From Alphaproteobacteria bacterium (lineage in GTDB: Bacteria > Pseudomonadota > Alphaproteobacteria > SP197): a DNA stretch of 64,000 nt. The stretch's first letter is position 1. Each line of letters begins with the position of its first letter. The notes beneath the pieces were generated by a model. The model made no database searches. It was not told where the DNA came from and was given only the letters and a program-made list of their open reading frames with translations. The stretch is from contig OZ219919.1 of NCBI GenBank assembly GCA_964291415.2, positions 3,721-67,720 of the forward strand. The letters are read 5' to 3'. The position numbers were made by a program, and so were the translations under genes. This document shows positions 48,156 through 57,217 of the stretch, piece after piece.

Positions 48156-48641
48156 TCAGCGGCGTATGCCGATTCCCTGTCCCGAGAGAGGCGGACGCCC
48201 GAGACTGTCGTGCGCCGCACGCACGTCGGCCAGGCGGCAGGCGATGGCCTCCGGAAAGCGGCGCGGTCGGCGGGTCTCACGGTCCATGAGGATCTCGATC
48301 AGTTCGAAGGACGCCGCGACATAGTGCTGGCGCTCCTGGATCATGGTCAGGAAGCTCACGATCTTGTTGTGGTCGTGATCGACAAGCTGTGCGGTGATGA
48401 GGAGCGGATCATCGAGAAGGACCTCCCGGATGTACCAGGACGTGTCCTGGAGGGCGAAGACGGTCGCACCAAGGCGCGAGAGAGCTTCCCGCGACAATCC
48501 CAGCGCGGCATAGAACGGCCCGGTGGCCCGGTCGAAGAGCCTCGTGTACGAGCGGATGCCCATGTGACCGTTGTGATCGACAAGATCATGGGTCACGGCC
48601 AGGCGCAAAGCCTCGAAGGGAGCCCCGATCTCCACCGTCAT
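48156..48641 (-). CDS. Hotdog-fold thioesterase family protein (4HBT-like)
   Basis: ORF 48156..48890 trimmed to ATG 48641 so that it no longer overlaps the ggt-like gene. LVDHNGHMGIRSYTRLFD is typical of acyl-CoA thioesterases. This is a weak pattern-based call. Confidence 0.5.
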   Translation of the reverse strand: MTVEIGAPFEALRLAVTHDLVDHNGHMGIRSYTRLFDRATGPFYAALGLSREALSRLGATVFALQDTSWYIREVLLDDPLLITAQLVDHDHNKIVSFLTMIQERQHYVAASFELIEILMDRETRRPRRFPEAIACRLADVRAAHDSLGRPPLSGQGIGIRR

Positions 48642-48645
48642 GCCG

Positions 48646-50202
48646 TCAATCGGGAATCCGCGGATCGGTGACCGCCATGCAACTCGTCGGGGCATTGCGC
48701 AGGCCATCGGGACAGTGAATGGCGAGCACGCGGCCGATTTCGGCAACCCTTTCCACCGCATGTCCGCGTTCCGCGAGCGCTTCCGCGGCTTCGTCCTCCG
48801 GCGTTCCCTCGGCGAACACCACATGGGGGATGCCGGGATGGTGTACCCTCGTGCGGCGGACGGCGTCATCCAACGGCACGCTGTCATCAAGGGTGTCCAT
48901 CAGAACCTGTGCCATGACCACGGGCGACGCCGAACCTCCTGTCGCCGTGCCGACAAGGACCACCGAACGCAACACGTCGTTGACCACGATCACGGGGAGC
49001 AGGGTTTCGTCGGCACCGGATGACGCCGGGATGATGATCCCGGTCCCGGGCAGCACGGAGCCGTCGCCAAACAGACCATTCATGGTGAAGACACAGGCCA
49101 CCGCGTTGCCCATTCGGTCGGCGGTGACGACTCCCGTGGCATGGGGCGATTCGCCGAGCGGCGTCGGTGATCCCGGCAGCGCCGCAGGATCCGTTGCCCG
49201 GGTGGCGCGATAACCTTCCATCAGGTTCACTGCTCCGGGCGACCCGCGCGCCACCGCCAGGCGCAGGGCCACCTCGGCAAGCAGGTGGTACCTCTCCGCG
49301 TCACCGTCCATTGAACCGGCATCGTCCAGCAGGGTGAGGGCCGTCAGGGCCGAGGCCCCCGCATCGATGGTCTCGTCCGGCACCTGCACGGCCAGATCGG
49401 TGGCCATCAATCCTCGCTCGTAAGCGAACGTTGCGGGATCGGACCACGCCACCGCGTAGGTGGCGAGCTCTTCGGGCGTGATGACGCGGCCCGCCTCGTG
49501 AGCCGCCTCGATGATGCTCCGCGCCGTCCGGCCGCGATAGAAGTCGCTGGCTCCACGGGTCCTGATTCCAGACAGCATGTCCGACAGTTCGAACTGCACC
49601 AGCGGGTCGCCGGCATCGGGCACGCCGCCCGCGGGAGAGGTGAAGAGACGCCTCGCTTCGGCGTTTCCCAAGAGGGTGCCGGGGGCGTGTGCGAAATCGC
49701 GTGCAAGAGCAGGCGACACGCGCACACCGAACCGCGCTGCGCGTTCGGCAGGAACCAGCAGATCATGCCATGCGAGATTGCCATGGACGGCCTGCAGGGC
49801 CGACATGCCGCGCACGGCCCCCGGGACCGGCAGACCGTCCCCTTCCGTGGAGGCAGGACGGTTGCGGAAATCCAGAAGCCTTGTCTGGTTTTCCGCTTCC
49901 TCGTATGACAGGCAGAGACCGCCGGAAGCGAGCGAAACCCGAGAGGGATAGCTGACCGCCGCCATGAAGAAATACGCCACTGCGGCATCCGCCGCGGTTC
50001 CTTCCCGGGCCAGCACCTCCCCGGCAACCCGGCGGGCGAGCGCGTCTTCGCCTGCCACCAGTCCGGTCTCGCCACCGCCCACGACCCGACCGACGGTTGG
50101 CCCCGCCTCGTCCAGGGTTCCGCAGGAGGCTGTCGCGAGAGCCAGGGCCAGAACCAGCGCACGCAACGCGGGACTGTCTGTTCGCGCAATTGTGTTCAGC
50201 AT
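48646..50202 (-). CDS. Gamma-glutamyltransferase family protein, probable lipoprotein
   Basis: ORF trimmed to ATG 50202. An alternative TTG at 50166 gives MRALVLALALATASC, a clean lipobox. Ntn-type nucleophile region VLVGTATGGSASP. Confidence 0.75.
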   Translation of the reverse strand: MLNTIARTDSPALRALVLALALATASCGTLDEAGPTVGRVVGGGETGLVAGEDALARRVAGEVLAREGTAADAAVAYFFMAAVSYPSRVSLASGGLCLSYEEAENQTRLLDFRNRPASTEGDGLPVPGAVRGMSALQAVHGNLAWHDLLVPAERAARFGVRVSPALARDFAHAPGTLLGNAEARRLFTSPAGGVPDAGDPLVQFELSDMLSGIRTRGASDFYRGRTARSIIEAAHEAGRVITPEELATYAVAWSDPATFAYERGLMATDLAVQVPDETIDAGASALTALTLLDDAGSMDGDAERYHLLAEVALRLAVARGSPGAVNLMEGYRATRATDPAALPGSPTPLGESPHATGVVTADRMGNAVACVFTMNGLFGDGSVLPGTGIIIPASSGADETLLPVIVVNDVLRSVVLVGTATGGSASPVVMAQVLMDTLDDSVPLDDAVRRTRVHHPGIPHVVFAEGTPEDEAAEALAERGHAVERVAEIGRVLAIHCPDGLRNAPTSCMAVTDPRIPD

Positions 50203-51529
50203 GACTGTCCTTGCGGCCTTGTTTTGCGGAGCAGACGGCACCCGGGCCCAATCGGGTCAGAGCATGTCGCTTTTCCGTGATGCCGAGATCGAGAATATCA
50301 TCAGCAGCTATGCCGAACCACTGTTCCGCGTCAACGGCCTCGACTTCGACAGGTTCGCCATTCATCTCGTGGCCGATGACAGTCTCAATGCCTTCGTCGC
50401 CAACGGCAAGCACATGTTCCTGTTCAGCGGTCTGCTGCGGCGCAGCGACGATCCGGGCATGGTGACCGGCGTCATTGCCCACGAAGTCGGTCACCTGGCC
50501 GCGGGTCATCTGACCATGGTCCGGGGCGCCGTCGAGGACGCCTCGGCGATGGTGATTCTGTCGACACTGCTCGGCGTCGGTGTCGGCCTCATTGGCGGTG
50601 GCGAGGCCGGTGTGGCGGTTGCCGCCGCCGGACAGCAGATCGGCACCCGCACCTTTACCCGCTTCAGCCGCATCCAGGAATCGGCTGCCGACCAGGCCGC
50701 GCTCAGGTCCCTCGAACTGACCGGCCAGTCGGCGGAAGGGCTTCGCGACCTGATGGAGGAACTTGCGGAATCGGAACTGCTGCTGTCGTCGTCCTCCGAG
50801 ATCCCCTGGTTCCTGACCCACCCTCTCAGCACGGAACGCGTGCACACGATGAACGCCCACATCGCGCGTTCCGCCTTCAGCGGCGTCGCCTTCGACGCGG
50901 ACGTGATCGACCGCCACAGGCGCATGATCGCCAAGGTCACCGGTTTTCTTCTCGATCCCTCTGTCACGTACCGCACCTATGCGGATCCTGAAGAATCGGT
51001 CTATTCCCGCTACGCCTGGTCCATCGCCCGCTACAGGGAGCGCCTGATGGACGAGGCTCTGGCCCTTATCGACGGCCTGATCGCGGATGAACCGGAGAAC
51101 CCCTGGTTTCACGAGCTGCGCGGCCAGATGCTCTATGAGACCGGCGACATCGCGGGCTCTGTTCCGTCCTTCGCGCAATCGGTCAAGCTGGCCCCCGGGG
51201 AACCGCTGCTGAGGATCAATCTGGCACGCAGCCTGCTGCAGCTCGACGAGGAAGCCGGCTGGCGCGAGGCGATCCGCCATCTCGACGAGGCGCGCGTCCA
51301 CGAAAGCGGCATGCCGGTGACATGGAGCCTGCTTGGCCATGCCTTCGAGAAGCTGGGCGATGAGGCGCGGTCCCGGGTCGCCCGCGCCGAGATGCACTAC
51401 ATGAGGGGCGAGCTGCGGCGTGCCCGCAAACTCGCCGGAGACGCGATTGACGGCCTCGAAACCGGGACCACCGACTGGTTCCGCGCCACCGATATCCTGG
51501 CCGCCACCGACTTCCTCGAAGGCGGGTGA
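50201..51529 (+). CDS. M48 family metalloprotease with C-terminal TPR-like repeats (BepA-like)
   Basis: ORF 49964..51529. First ATG at 50201, with GTG 50192 also possible. Zinc motif [14 protein letters not shown]-terminal helical repeat region. Confidence 0.75.
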   Translation: MTVLAALFCGADGTRAQSGQSMSLFRDAEIENIISSYAEPLFRVNGLDFDRFAIHLVADDSLNAFVANGKHMFLFSGLLRRSDDPGMVTGVIAHEVGHLAAGHLTMVRGAVEDASAMVILSTLLGVGVGLIGGGEAGVAVAAAGQQIGTRTFTRFSRIQESAADQAALRSLELTGQSAEGLRDLMEELAESELLLSSSSEIPWFLTHPLSTERVHTMNAHIARSAFSGVAFDADVIDRHRRMIAKVTGFLLDPSVTYRTYADPEESVYSRYAWSIARYRERLMDEALALIDGLIADEPENPWFHELRGQMLYETGDIAGSVPSFAQSVKLAPGEPLLRINLARSLLQLDEEAGWREAIRHLDEARVHESGMPVTWSLLGHAFEKLGDEARSRVARAEMHYMRGELRRARKLAGDAIDGLETGTTDWFRATDILAATDFLEGG

Positions 51530-51636
51530 CCCGCGGCAGCAGTTGCACCTGCCGGCAGGGCAGTGTGAAATGGATGATCGATTCATGCCGCGATGGGATC
51601 CCCGGGCAAGGGCGGCCGTGGCTGACTGGGGATGAC

Positions 51637-52092
51637 ATGCCCGACGATACCCGAATCCTGGTTCTCAACGGACCCAATCTCAATCTTCTCGGCACGAGGG
51701 AACCGGGCATCTACGGTCTGCAGACCCTGCCCGACATCGAACGTGCCGTGCGCCGGCGGGCCGATGAGCTTTCCATGGCGGTGGACTTCCTGCAGAGCAA
51801 CCATGAAGGCGAGTTGATCGATGCCGTCCAGAACGCGGGTGGCCAGGCGGCGGCGCTTGTCGTCAACGCCGGCGGACTGACCCACACGTCAGTGGCCCTC
51901 GCTGATGCCCTGAGAGCGTTCGACGGTGTCGTTGTCGAGGTCCATCTCTCCAACATCCACGCCAGGGAACCCTTCCGGCACCATTCCCATGTGGCGGGTG
52001 TCGCCACCGGTTCGATTTGCGGATTTGGGGGCCACGGCTACATACTGGCCATCGAGGCCATTCACACCATTGTCGGATCTCCGTCACCATGA
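51637..52092 (+). CDS. aroQ: 3-dehydroquinate dehydratase, type II
   Basis: ORF trimmed to ATG 51637. [31 protein letters not shown] and [15 protein letters not shown]. Confidence 0.9.
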   Translation: MPDDTRILVLNGPNLNLLGTREPGIYGLQTLPDIERAVRRRADELSMAVDFLQSNHEGELIDAVQNAGGQAAALVVNAGGLTHTSVALADALRAFDGVVVEVHLSNIHAREPFRHHSHVAGVATGSICGFGGHGYILAIEAIHTIVGSPSP

Positions 52093-52535
52093 GCCATGAA
52101 CCCTTCCCGCTCGACGCGGAGGCGATCCGGGAGCTGGCGCGCCTGCTCGAGGAAACCGGCCTTGCGGAAATCGAGGTGGAAAACTCGGGACGCAAGCTGC
52201 GCGTGGTGCGAGGAAACACGTCCGTCACCGCGTTCCCCTTGCCCCAGGCCGCCGTGCATCCTCCGGAAACCGCACAGGAGTCCGTCGGCGAGGGCGCCGT
52301 TCGCTCGCCGATGGTCGGCACCGCCTATCTCGCTCCCGAGCCCGGTGCGGCCTCATTCGTGAACGAGGGAGACGACGTCGCGGAAGGCGACACCCTGCTG
52401 ATCGTCGAAGCAATGAAGGTCATGAATCCGATCCGTGCGCCCCTCGGTGGCACCGTGACCCAGATTCTCGTCTCCGACGGCAGGCCGGTCGAGTACGGCC
52501 AGGTGCTCATGGTCATCGACCCGGCGCATGTTTGA
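52089..52535 (+). CDS. accB: Acetyl-CoA carboxylase biotin carboxyl carrier protein
   Basis: ATG 52089 overlaps the aroQ stop (ATGA). Biotinyl-lysine motif [11 protein letters not shown]. Confidence 0.9.
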   Translation: MSHEPFPLDAEAIRELARLLEETGLAEIEVENSGRKLRVVRGNTSVTAFPLPQAAVHPPETAQESVGEGAVRSPMVGTAYLAPEPGAASFVNEGDDVAEGDTLLIVEAMKVMNPIRAPLGGTVTQILVSDGRPVEYGQVLMVIDPAHV

Positions 52536-53871
52536 CAAGGTTCTCATTGCCAATCGCGGGGAAGTGGCCCTTCGCATCCACCGGGCCTGCCGGGAAATGG
52601 GTATCCGTACCGTCGCTGTCCATTCCGAAGTGGACACCAACGCGATGCACGTCCGCCTTGCCGACGAGAGTGTGTGCATCGGGCCGGCGCCGGCGCGTGA
52701 CAGCTATCTCAATGTGCCGGCCATCCTGGCCGCCGCCGAAGTCACCGGCGCCAATGCCATCCATCCAGGATACGGCTTCCTGTCCGAAAACAGCCGGTTT
52801 GCCGAGATCGTCGAGGAACATGGCATCACCTTCATCGGACCGGGCAGCGAACATATTCGCCTGATGGGCGACAAGATGGCGGCGCGCAACAAGGCCAGGG
52901 ACCTCGGGATCCCGGTCCTGCCAGGGTCCGAAGGCGTGGTGCGTGACACGACCGAAGCCGCCGCGATCGCCGGGGAGATCGGCTATCCGGTCCTTCTCAA
53001 GGCGGCAGCCGGCGGCGGCGGCCGCGGTATCTCCCTGGTGGAGGACGACTCCAGCATGGAGGCGGTCTTTGCCCGGTCGAGACGCGAATCGGAGGCTGCA
53101 TTCGGCGACGGATCCCTTTACGTGGAGAAGTTCCTGACCAATCCGCGCCACATCGAGATCCAGGTCGCCGGCGACAAGGAAGGACGTGTCGTTCACCTCG
53201 GCGAACGCGACTGCTCGGTGCAGCGGCGTCATCAGAAGATCGTCGAGGAAGCACCAAGTCCCGCACTCAATGCCGAGCAGCGGCTCGCCATCGGCGAGCT
53301 CGTTGTCGATGCCATGACCAGACTCGGCTACCGGAGTCTCGGGACGGTAGAGTTTCTCTACGAGGACGGTTCGTTTCACTTCATCGAGATGAACACCCGG
53401 TTGCAGGTCGAACACCCCGTCACGGAAATGGTGACCGGCATCGACCTCGTGCGCGAACAGATCCGCCTTTCCTCCGGCGCGCCGCTCAGCTTCAGCCAGG
53501 AAGACGTGACGATGACCGGTCATGCGATCGAGTGCCGGATCAATGCCGAAAGCCCCTTCTCCTTCATGCCTTCGCCCGGCCAGGTGACCACCTACCACGC
53601 TCCGGGAGGCATGAGCGTGCGGATCGATTCGGCCCTCTACTCCGGCTACACGGTACCGCCGACCTACGACAACCTGATCGCCAAGCTCGTCGTGTGCGGG
53701 CGCAACCGCAACGAGAGCATGATGCGGTTGAGACGGGCTCTCGAGGAGTTCGCCATTGACGGAATCGAGACCACCATCCCTCTCCACCAGGCGCTTCTCG
53801 GCAACCAGGACTTCGCCAATGGTCACTATGACGTGACATGGCTGGAACGCTTCCTTGCTTCCGCAACCTGA
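52528..53871 (+). CDS. accC: Acetyl-CoA carboxylase biotin carboxylase subunit
   Basis: [29 protein letters not shown]-grasp region and EMNTRLQVEHPVTE. Confidence 0.95.
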   Translation: MFDKVLIANRGEVALRIHRACREMGIRTVAVHSEVDTNAMHVRLADESVCIGPAPARDSYLNVPAILAAAEVTGANAIHPGYGFLSENSRFAEIVEEHGITFIGPGSEHIRLMGDKMAARNKARDLGIPVLPGSEGVVRDTTEAAAIAGEIGYPVLLKAAAGGGGRGISLVEDDSSMEAVFARSRRESEAAFGDGSLYVEKFLTNPRHIEIQVAGDKEGRVVHLGERDCSVQRRHQKIVEEAPSPALNAEQRLAIGELVVDAMTRLGYRSLGTVEFLYEDGSFHFIEMNTRLQVEHPVTEMVTGIDLVREQIRLSSGAPLSFSQEDVTMTGHAIECRINAESPFSFMPSPGQVTTYHAPGGMSVRIDSALYSGYTVPPTYDNLIAKLVVCGRNRNESMMRLRRALEEFAIDGIETTIPLHQALLGNQDFANGHYDVTWLERFLASAT

Positions 53872-54517
53872 ACCGGACGAAGCGGCCGGACTGACCACGC
53901 CGATGCTTCTGTCAGCCTATGCGCGGGGTCTCTTCCCCATGGCGAGCCACCGGCTCGACAGGAATCCGGAATGGGTCTTTCCATACCGTCGCGGCATCAT
54001 CCCCCTGAACCGCTTCCACGTTCCGCGCAGCCTGGAAAAGGTGTTGAGACGGGGTGGGTTCGAGATCACCGTCAACCGGGCCTTCGCCAGGGTGATCGCC
54101 GCCTGTGCCAGGCCGACGCCCGGGCGCGAGAACACCTGGATCAGCGTCGGCATCGAGAAGGCCTACACCAGACTGCACCATGAGGGGCACGCCCACAGCG
54201 TCGAGTGCTGGATGGACGGTGTGCTCGCCGGGGGGCTCTACGGCGTTCAACTGCGTGGGGCGTTCTTCGGCGAAAGCATGTTTTCCGACATTGCCAATGC
54301 CAGCAAGGTGGCGCTGGTCCACCTTGTCAGGCGTCTCGTCACGGGTGGCTTCGTTCTTCTCGACATACAGTTCGTCACCGATCATCTGCGCATGTTCGGA
54401 GCCATCGAGATCACCGGATCGGACTATCTGGACCGTCTCGACCGGGCGCTTTCGATCGAGGGTGCCGACTTCTACTGCCTGCCCCGGTCGATACAGTCCA
54501 GGACCCATATGTCGTAG
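53855..54517 (+). CDS. aat: Leucyl/phenylalanyl-tRNA--protein transferase
   Basis: TTG 53855 (start uncertain; ATG 53903 would cut off conserved residues). LLSAYARGLFPMA, WISVGIEKAYTRLHHEGHAHSVECW and GESMFS. Confidence 0.85.
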   Translation: MLPQPEPDEAAGLTTPMLLSAYARGLFPMASHRLDRNPEWVFPYRRGIIPLNRFHVPRSLEKVLRRGGFEITVNRAFARVIAACARPTPGRENTWISVGIEKAYTRLHHEGHAHSVECWMDGVLAGGLYGVQLRGAFFGESMFSDIANASKVALVHLVRRLVTGGFVLLDIQFVTDHLRMFGAIEITGSDYLDRLDRALSIEGADFYCLPRSIQSRTHMS

Positions 54518-54909
54518 ACCGGGTGTTCAAGCGCCGACACGCCCGGCGTTCCGGCAAACATCCAGCCGCTGAAAACCTCCTCAGGATTGCCCGAACGGCT
54601 TTCCCGGATCTCGAGAAAGGAGGCACTCTCCGGCGTCTGCCAGGGCGGCGTCTTGCGGCAGGCCCTGACGGTCACCTGCAATGTCCCGAATGAACCCGTC
54701 TCGCCAACACCGATGGCAAAGGCGAAGGCATGGCCGGTCACCTTCTCCATGCCGCCCAGCAACACCGTGTCGTGGTCCTCGAACACCTGCTCGGCCCCGG
54801 CGCCGCGGCCGACGATCATGGCCAGAAAGATGCAGGCGATCAGGCGAAGGGCTTGTCGAGCGTTGCCACCAGATCCGCGAGAACCTTCCGCATCTGCTGC
54901 TCGTCGCAT
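54472..54909 (-). CDS. DUF2155 domain protein
   Basis: 145-aa ORF. ...LQVTVRACRKTPPWQTPESASFLEI...GWMFAGTPGVSALEHPVYDIWVLDC. The start is uncertain. It overlaps the aat 3' end by 46 nt (convergent) and the next small ORF by 70 nt if ATG 54909 is used. Confidence 0.7.
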   Translation of the reverse strand: MRRAADAEGSRGSGGNARQALRLIACIFLAMIVGRGAGAEQVFEDHDTVLLGGMEKVTGHAFAFAIGVGETGSFGTLQVTVRACRKTPPWQTPESASFLEIRESRSGNPEEVFSGWMFAGTPGVSALEHPVYDIWVLDCIDRGRQ

Positions 54910-55061
54910 CCCATCACCACCGCATCTTCGAGCGCGTCCTGTGCCATGTCGCGAAGTTCGTCAAGATTGTCCCTCAGCACGGCGAGCTTGTCGTGGCAAC
55001 CAACGGGCTCGCCGTCGGGTGAGAGCCATGTCTCGGGCAGCCAGACCGGTCGCTGATCCAT
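54840..55061 (-). CDS. Hypothetical small acidic protein (73 aa)
   Basis: ATG start. Wedged between the MlaD-like and DUF2155 genes on the same strand. Third codon positions are mostly G/C. No family recognised. Confidence 0.35.
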   Translation of the reverse strand: MDQRPVWLPETWLSPDGEPVGCHDKLAVLRDNLDELRDMAQDALEDAVVMGCDEQQMRKVLADLVATLDKPFA

Positions 55062-55072
55062 GAACCCCTGCC

Positions 55073-55516
55073 CTACTCTTCAAGGCCGCCGAACATCGAC
55101 CGCGACACGGCGTCAATCAGATTGATCGCCCCCTGGGTGTCGGTGAAGAGATGACCGTCGCCGGCAACCTCGCCGGCGCCCGGGTGGAGGGACACATAAT
55201 GGCCACCGAGCAGGCTCGCCGAGGCGATCGTCACGATGGTGTCGCGCGGCAGACTGACGCCGGGATCGATGGTCATGGCGACCTTCGCCAGGTACCAGTC
55301 CGGATCGAGATCCAGTCCCGTCACCTGTCCGACCCTGATGCCGGCGATCCGCACATCGTCGCCGGTCTGCAGACTGCCGACGTCTTCAAACTCCGCGTGA
55401 AAAACGGTGCCGGCCCCGTCGGCAACGTCCACCCTGTCATAGACAAAGGCCACGAAGGCCACGGCAACGACGATGACGGCGGCGCCGACGAGGGTCTCGA
55501 GTGCGCGTCCGCCCAT
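55073..55516 (-). CDS. MlaD/MCE-domain family protein
   Basis: ORF 55073..55843 trimmed to ATG 55516 (MGGRALETLVGAAVIVVAVAFVAFVY, a TM anchor). MCE core FEDVGSLQTGDDVRIAGIRVGQVTGL. Confidence 0.75.
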   Translation of the reverse strand: MGGRALETLVGAAVIVVAVAFVAFVYDRVDVADGAGTVFHAEFEDVGSLQTGDDVRIAGIRVGQVTGLDLDPDWYLAKVAMTIDPGVSLPRDTIVTIASASLLGGHYVSLHPGAGEVAGDGHLFTDTQGAINLIDAVSRSMFGGLEE

Positions 55517-55517
55517 G

Positions 55518-55895
55518 TCAGGAAGTTCCCGACTCTTCTTCCGGGCGCCATGCCTCGTAGTCACCGCGTGCCGACGCCCGCCTGCCGCCGCGCAGAAGGT
55601 GACCCTTCGGCAACCAGGCCTGTCCGGTACCGGTGAGATTGGGCTGGTGCTCCCTCTCCCACTCCCTGGTCTCGAGGGGGGCACGGCTCGGTGGTTCGTC
55701 GATGGTGCGATGCAGCCAGGCATTCCAGCCGGGCGGCACCCTGGAGGCCTCGGATGCGCCCCGATAGTACACCCAGCGCCGCCGCCACCGGCCTTCAGCC
55801 ACGCCCCGTTCCTGATAGTAGCGGTTGCCGAACTCGTCCTCACCCACGGCCTCGCCCTTCAGCGTCGTGAAAAGCCACGTGCCGATCCTCGACAT
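55518..55895 (-). CDS. NADH:ubiquinone oxidoreductase subunit NDUFA12 (B17.2)-like protein
   Basis: Position 55901 is TTG and the ATG is at 55895 (MSRIGTWLFTTLKGEAVGEDEFGNRYYQ...). WNAWLHRTIDEPP is typical of the family. Confidence 0.8.
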   Translation of the reverse strand: MSRIGTWLFTTLKGEAVGEDEFGNRYYQERGVAEGRWRRRWVYYRGASEASRVPPGWNAWLHRTIDEPPSRAPLETREWEREHQPNLTGTGQAWLPKGHLLRGGRRASARGDYEAWRPEEESGTS

Positions 55896-56044
55896 GCACA
55901 ACTCCCGTCCGCATCATGTCGGCGTCATCATGCGCTTCCGGCAACGAAGAATCCAGAGACCTGAGGCACGGGTGACAGGTTGCAAGATAGAGATTGCCTG
56001 GGTTAGGTTTCCCTCGCCATCGACGAGATCCAGGATGACAACAC

Positions 56045-56380
56045 ATGATTATCTCCTCCGACAGCCAGAACGGCGTCACCATTGTTTCGATCAACGGTCG
56101 CGTGGATGGTGCATCCGCCCCTGAACTGGAAGGCGAACTGTCCTCCAGGATTCGCGATGGATCCGTTCGTATCCTGCTCGACTGCAACGAGATGAACTAC
56201 ATCTCCAGCGCCGGGCTGCGCGTCTTTCTCCTGGCGGCCAAACGGTGCAAGCAGGCCGGTGGCCTGCTGTCCATCGCGGCCCTGCAGCCATCCTGCAGGT
56301 CGGTCATCGAAATGGGTGGATTCCACACGATCATCGATTGCTACGACTCCCGCGACGAGGCGCTCGCGGCCAACGCCTGA
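56045..56380 (+). CDS. STAS-domain protein (anti-sigma-factor antagonist fold)
   Basis: 111-aa ORF. ILLDCNEMNYISSAGLRVFLL retains the conserved Ser-containing motif. No partner kinase or phosphatase gene is nearby. Confidence 0.75.
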   Translation: MIISSDSQNGVTIVSINGRVDGASAPELEGELSSRIRDGSVRILLDCNEMNYISSAGLRVFLLAAKRCKQAGGLLSIAALQPSCRSVIEMGGFHTIIDCYDSRDEALAANA

Positions 56381-56391
56381 GCTATTGAGAG

Positions 56392-57048
56392 ATGCTGACA
56401 TTCATCGAGGAAATCCTCCTTCTCACACTGGATGACGAGAACGGTTCGTTCCTGCCCATCCGTGACAACACGATGGACTATGTGCTGGCGGGCGCCGCGC
56501 TGCTCGACCTCGCCTTCACCTACCGCATCGACACCGATCCCGAGCGCCTCATGCTCATCGACAGGACGCCGCCGGGAGTTCCGATGCTCGATCGCGTCCT
56601 GGACCGCATTGCCGGATCCGCCGAGGACAGGACCACGCGCGACTGGGTCGAGACCCTGGCCCGTGAAGAAGCCGAAAACCTGCGCGAATCCGCACTCGCC
56701 CGGCTGGTCGACCAGGGAATTCTCGAGGTCCAGGACAAGAAGTTCCTGTGGGTCTTCCGGGCCCGCCGCTACCCGGCCATCGACGGCACTGTCCAGCGTG
56801 AAGTGAAGCACCGCATCGCCGGTGTCCTGCTGTCCGACGAAGTGCCCGACCCCCGGGACGTGGCGATCATCTCGCTCGCCGACTCCTGCGCCATCCTGCG
56901 CAGCATTTTCTCGGACCACGGCATGGATTCCCTCAGACCGCGTATCGACCAGGTCCGCAAACTCGATCTCATCGGCCGCGAGGTGGCCGGCACCATCGAG
57001 GAAATCGAACGCACCATGGCGATGGCCATGGCCCGCATTCCGCACTAG
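56392..57048 (+). CDS. GPP34/GOLPH3 family protein
   Basis: 218-aa ORF beginning 11 nt after the STAS stop. LTFIEEILLLTLDDENGSF...DYVLAGAALLDLAF...LVDQGILEV match the bacterial GPP34 pattern. Confidence 0.7.
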   Translation: MLTFIEEILLLTLDDENGSFLPIRDNTMDYVLAGAALLDLAFTYRIDTDPERLMLIDRTPPGVPMLDRVLDRIAGSAEDRTTRDWVETLAREEAENLRESALARLVDQGILEVQDKKFLWVFRARRYPAIDGTVQREVKHRIAGVLLSDEVPDPRDVAIISLADSCAILRSIFSDHGMDSLRPRIDQVRKLDLIGREVAGTIEEIERTMAMAMARIPH

Positions 57049-57217
57049 AGCAGCCTGTCGGTTGGAGTTGCGGGCACACACCATTGCGCGTTGTCTCAAC
57101 GAGCCCCGCGCAGGCAGGGCGAGATCATGTTGTTGAACGTCCTGCCGGATGCTAGAGATTCCTCTGCCCGGCAAACGGAGCCAATGAGCCAATCCACACG
57201 TGTCCAGGGAGCAGGTG

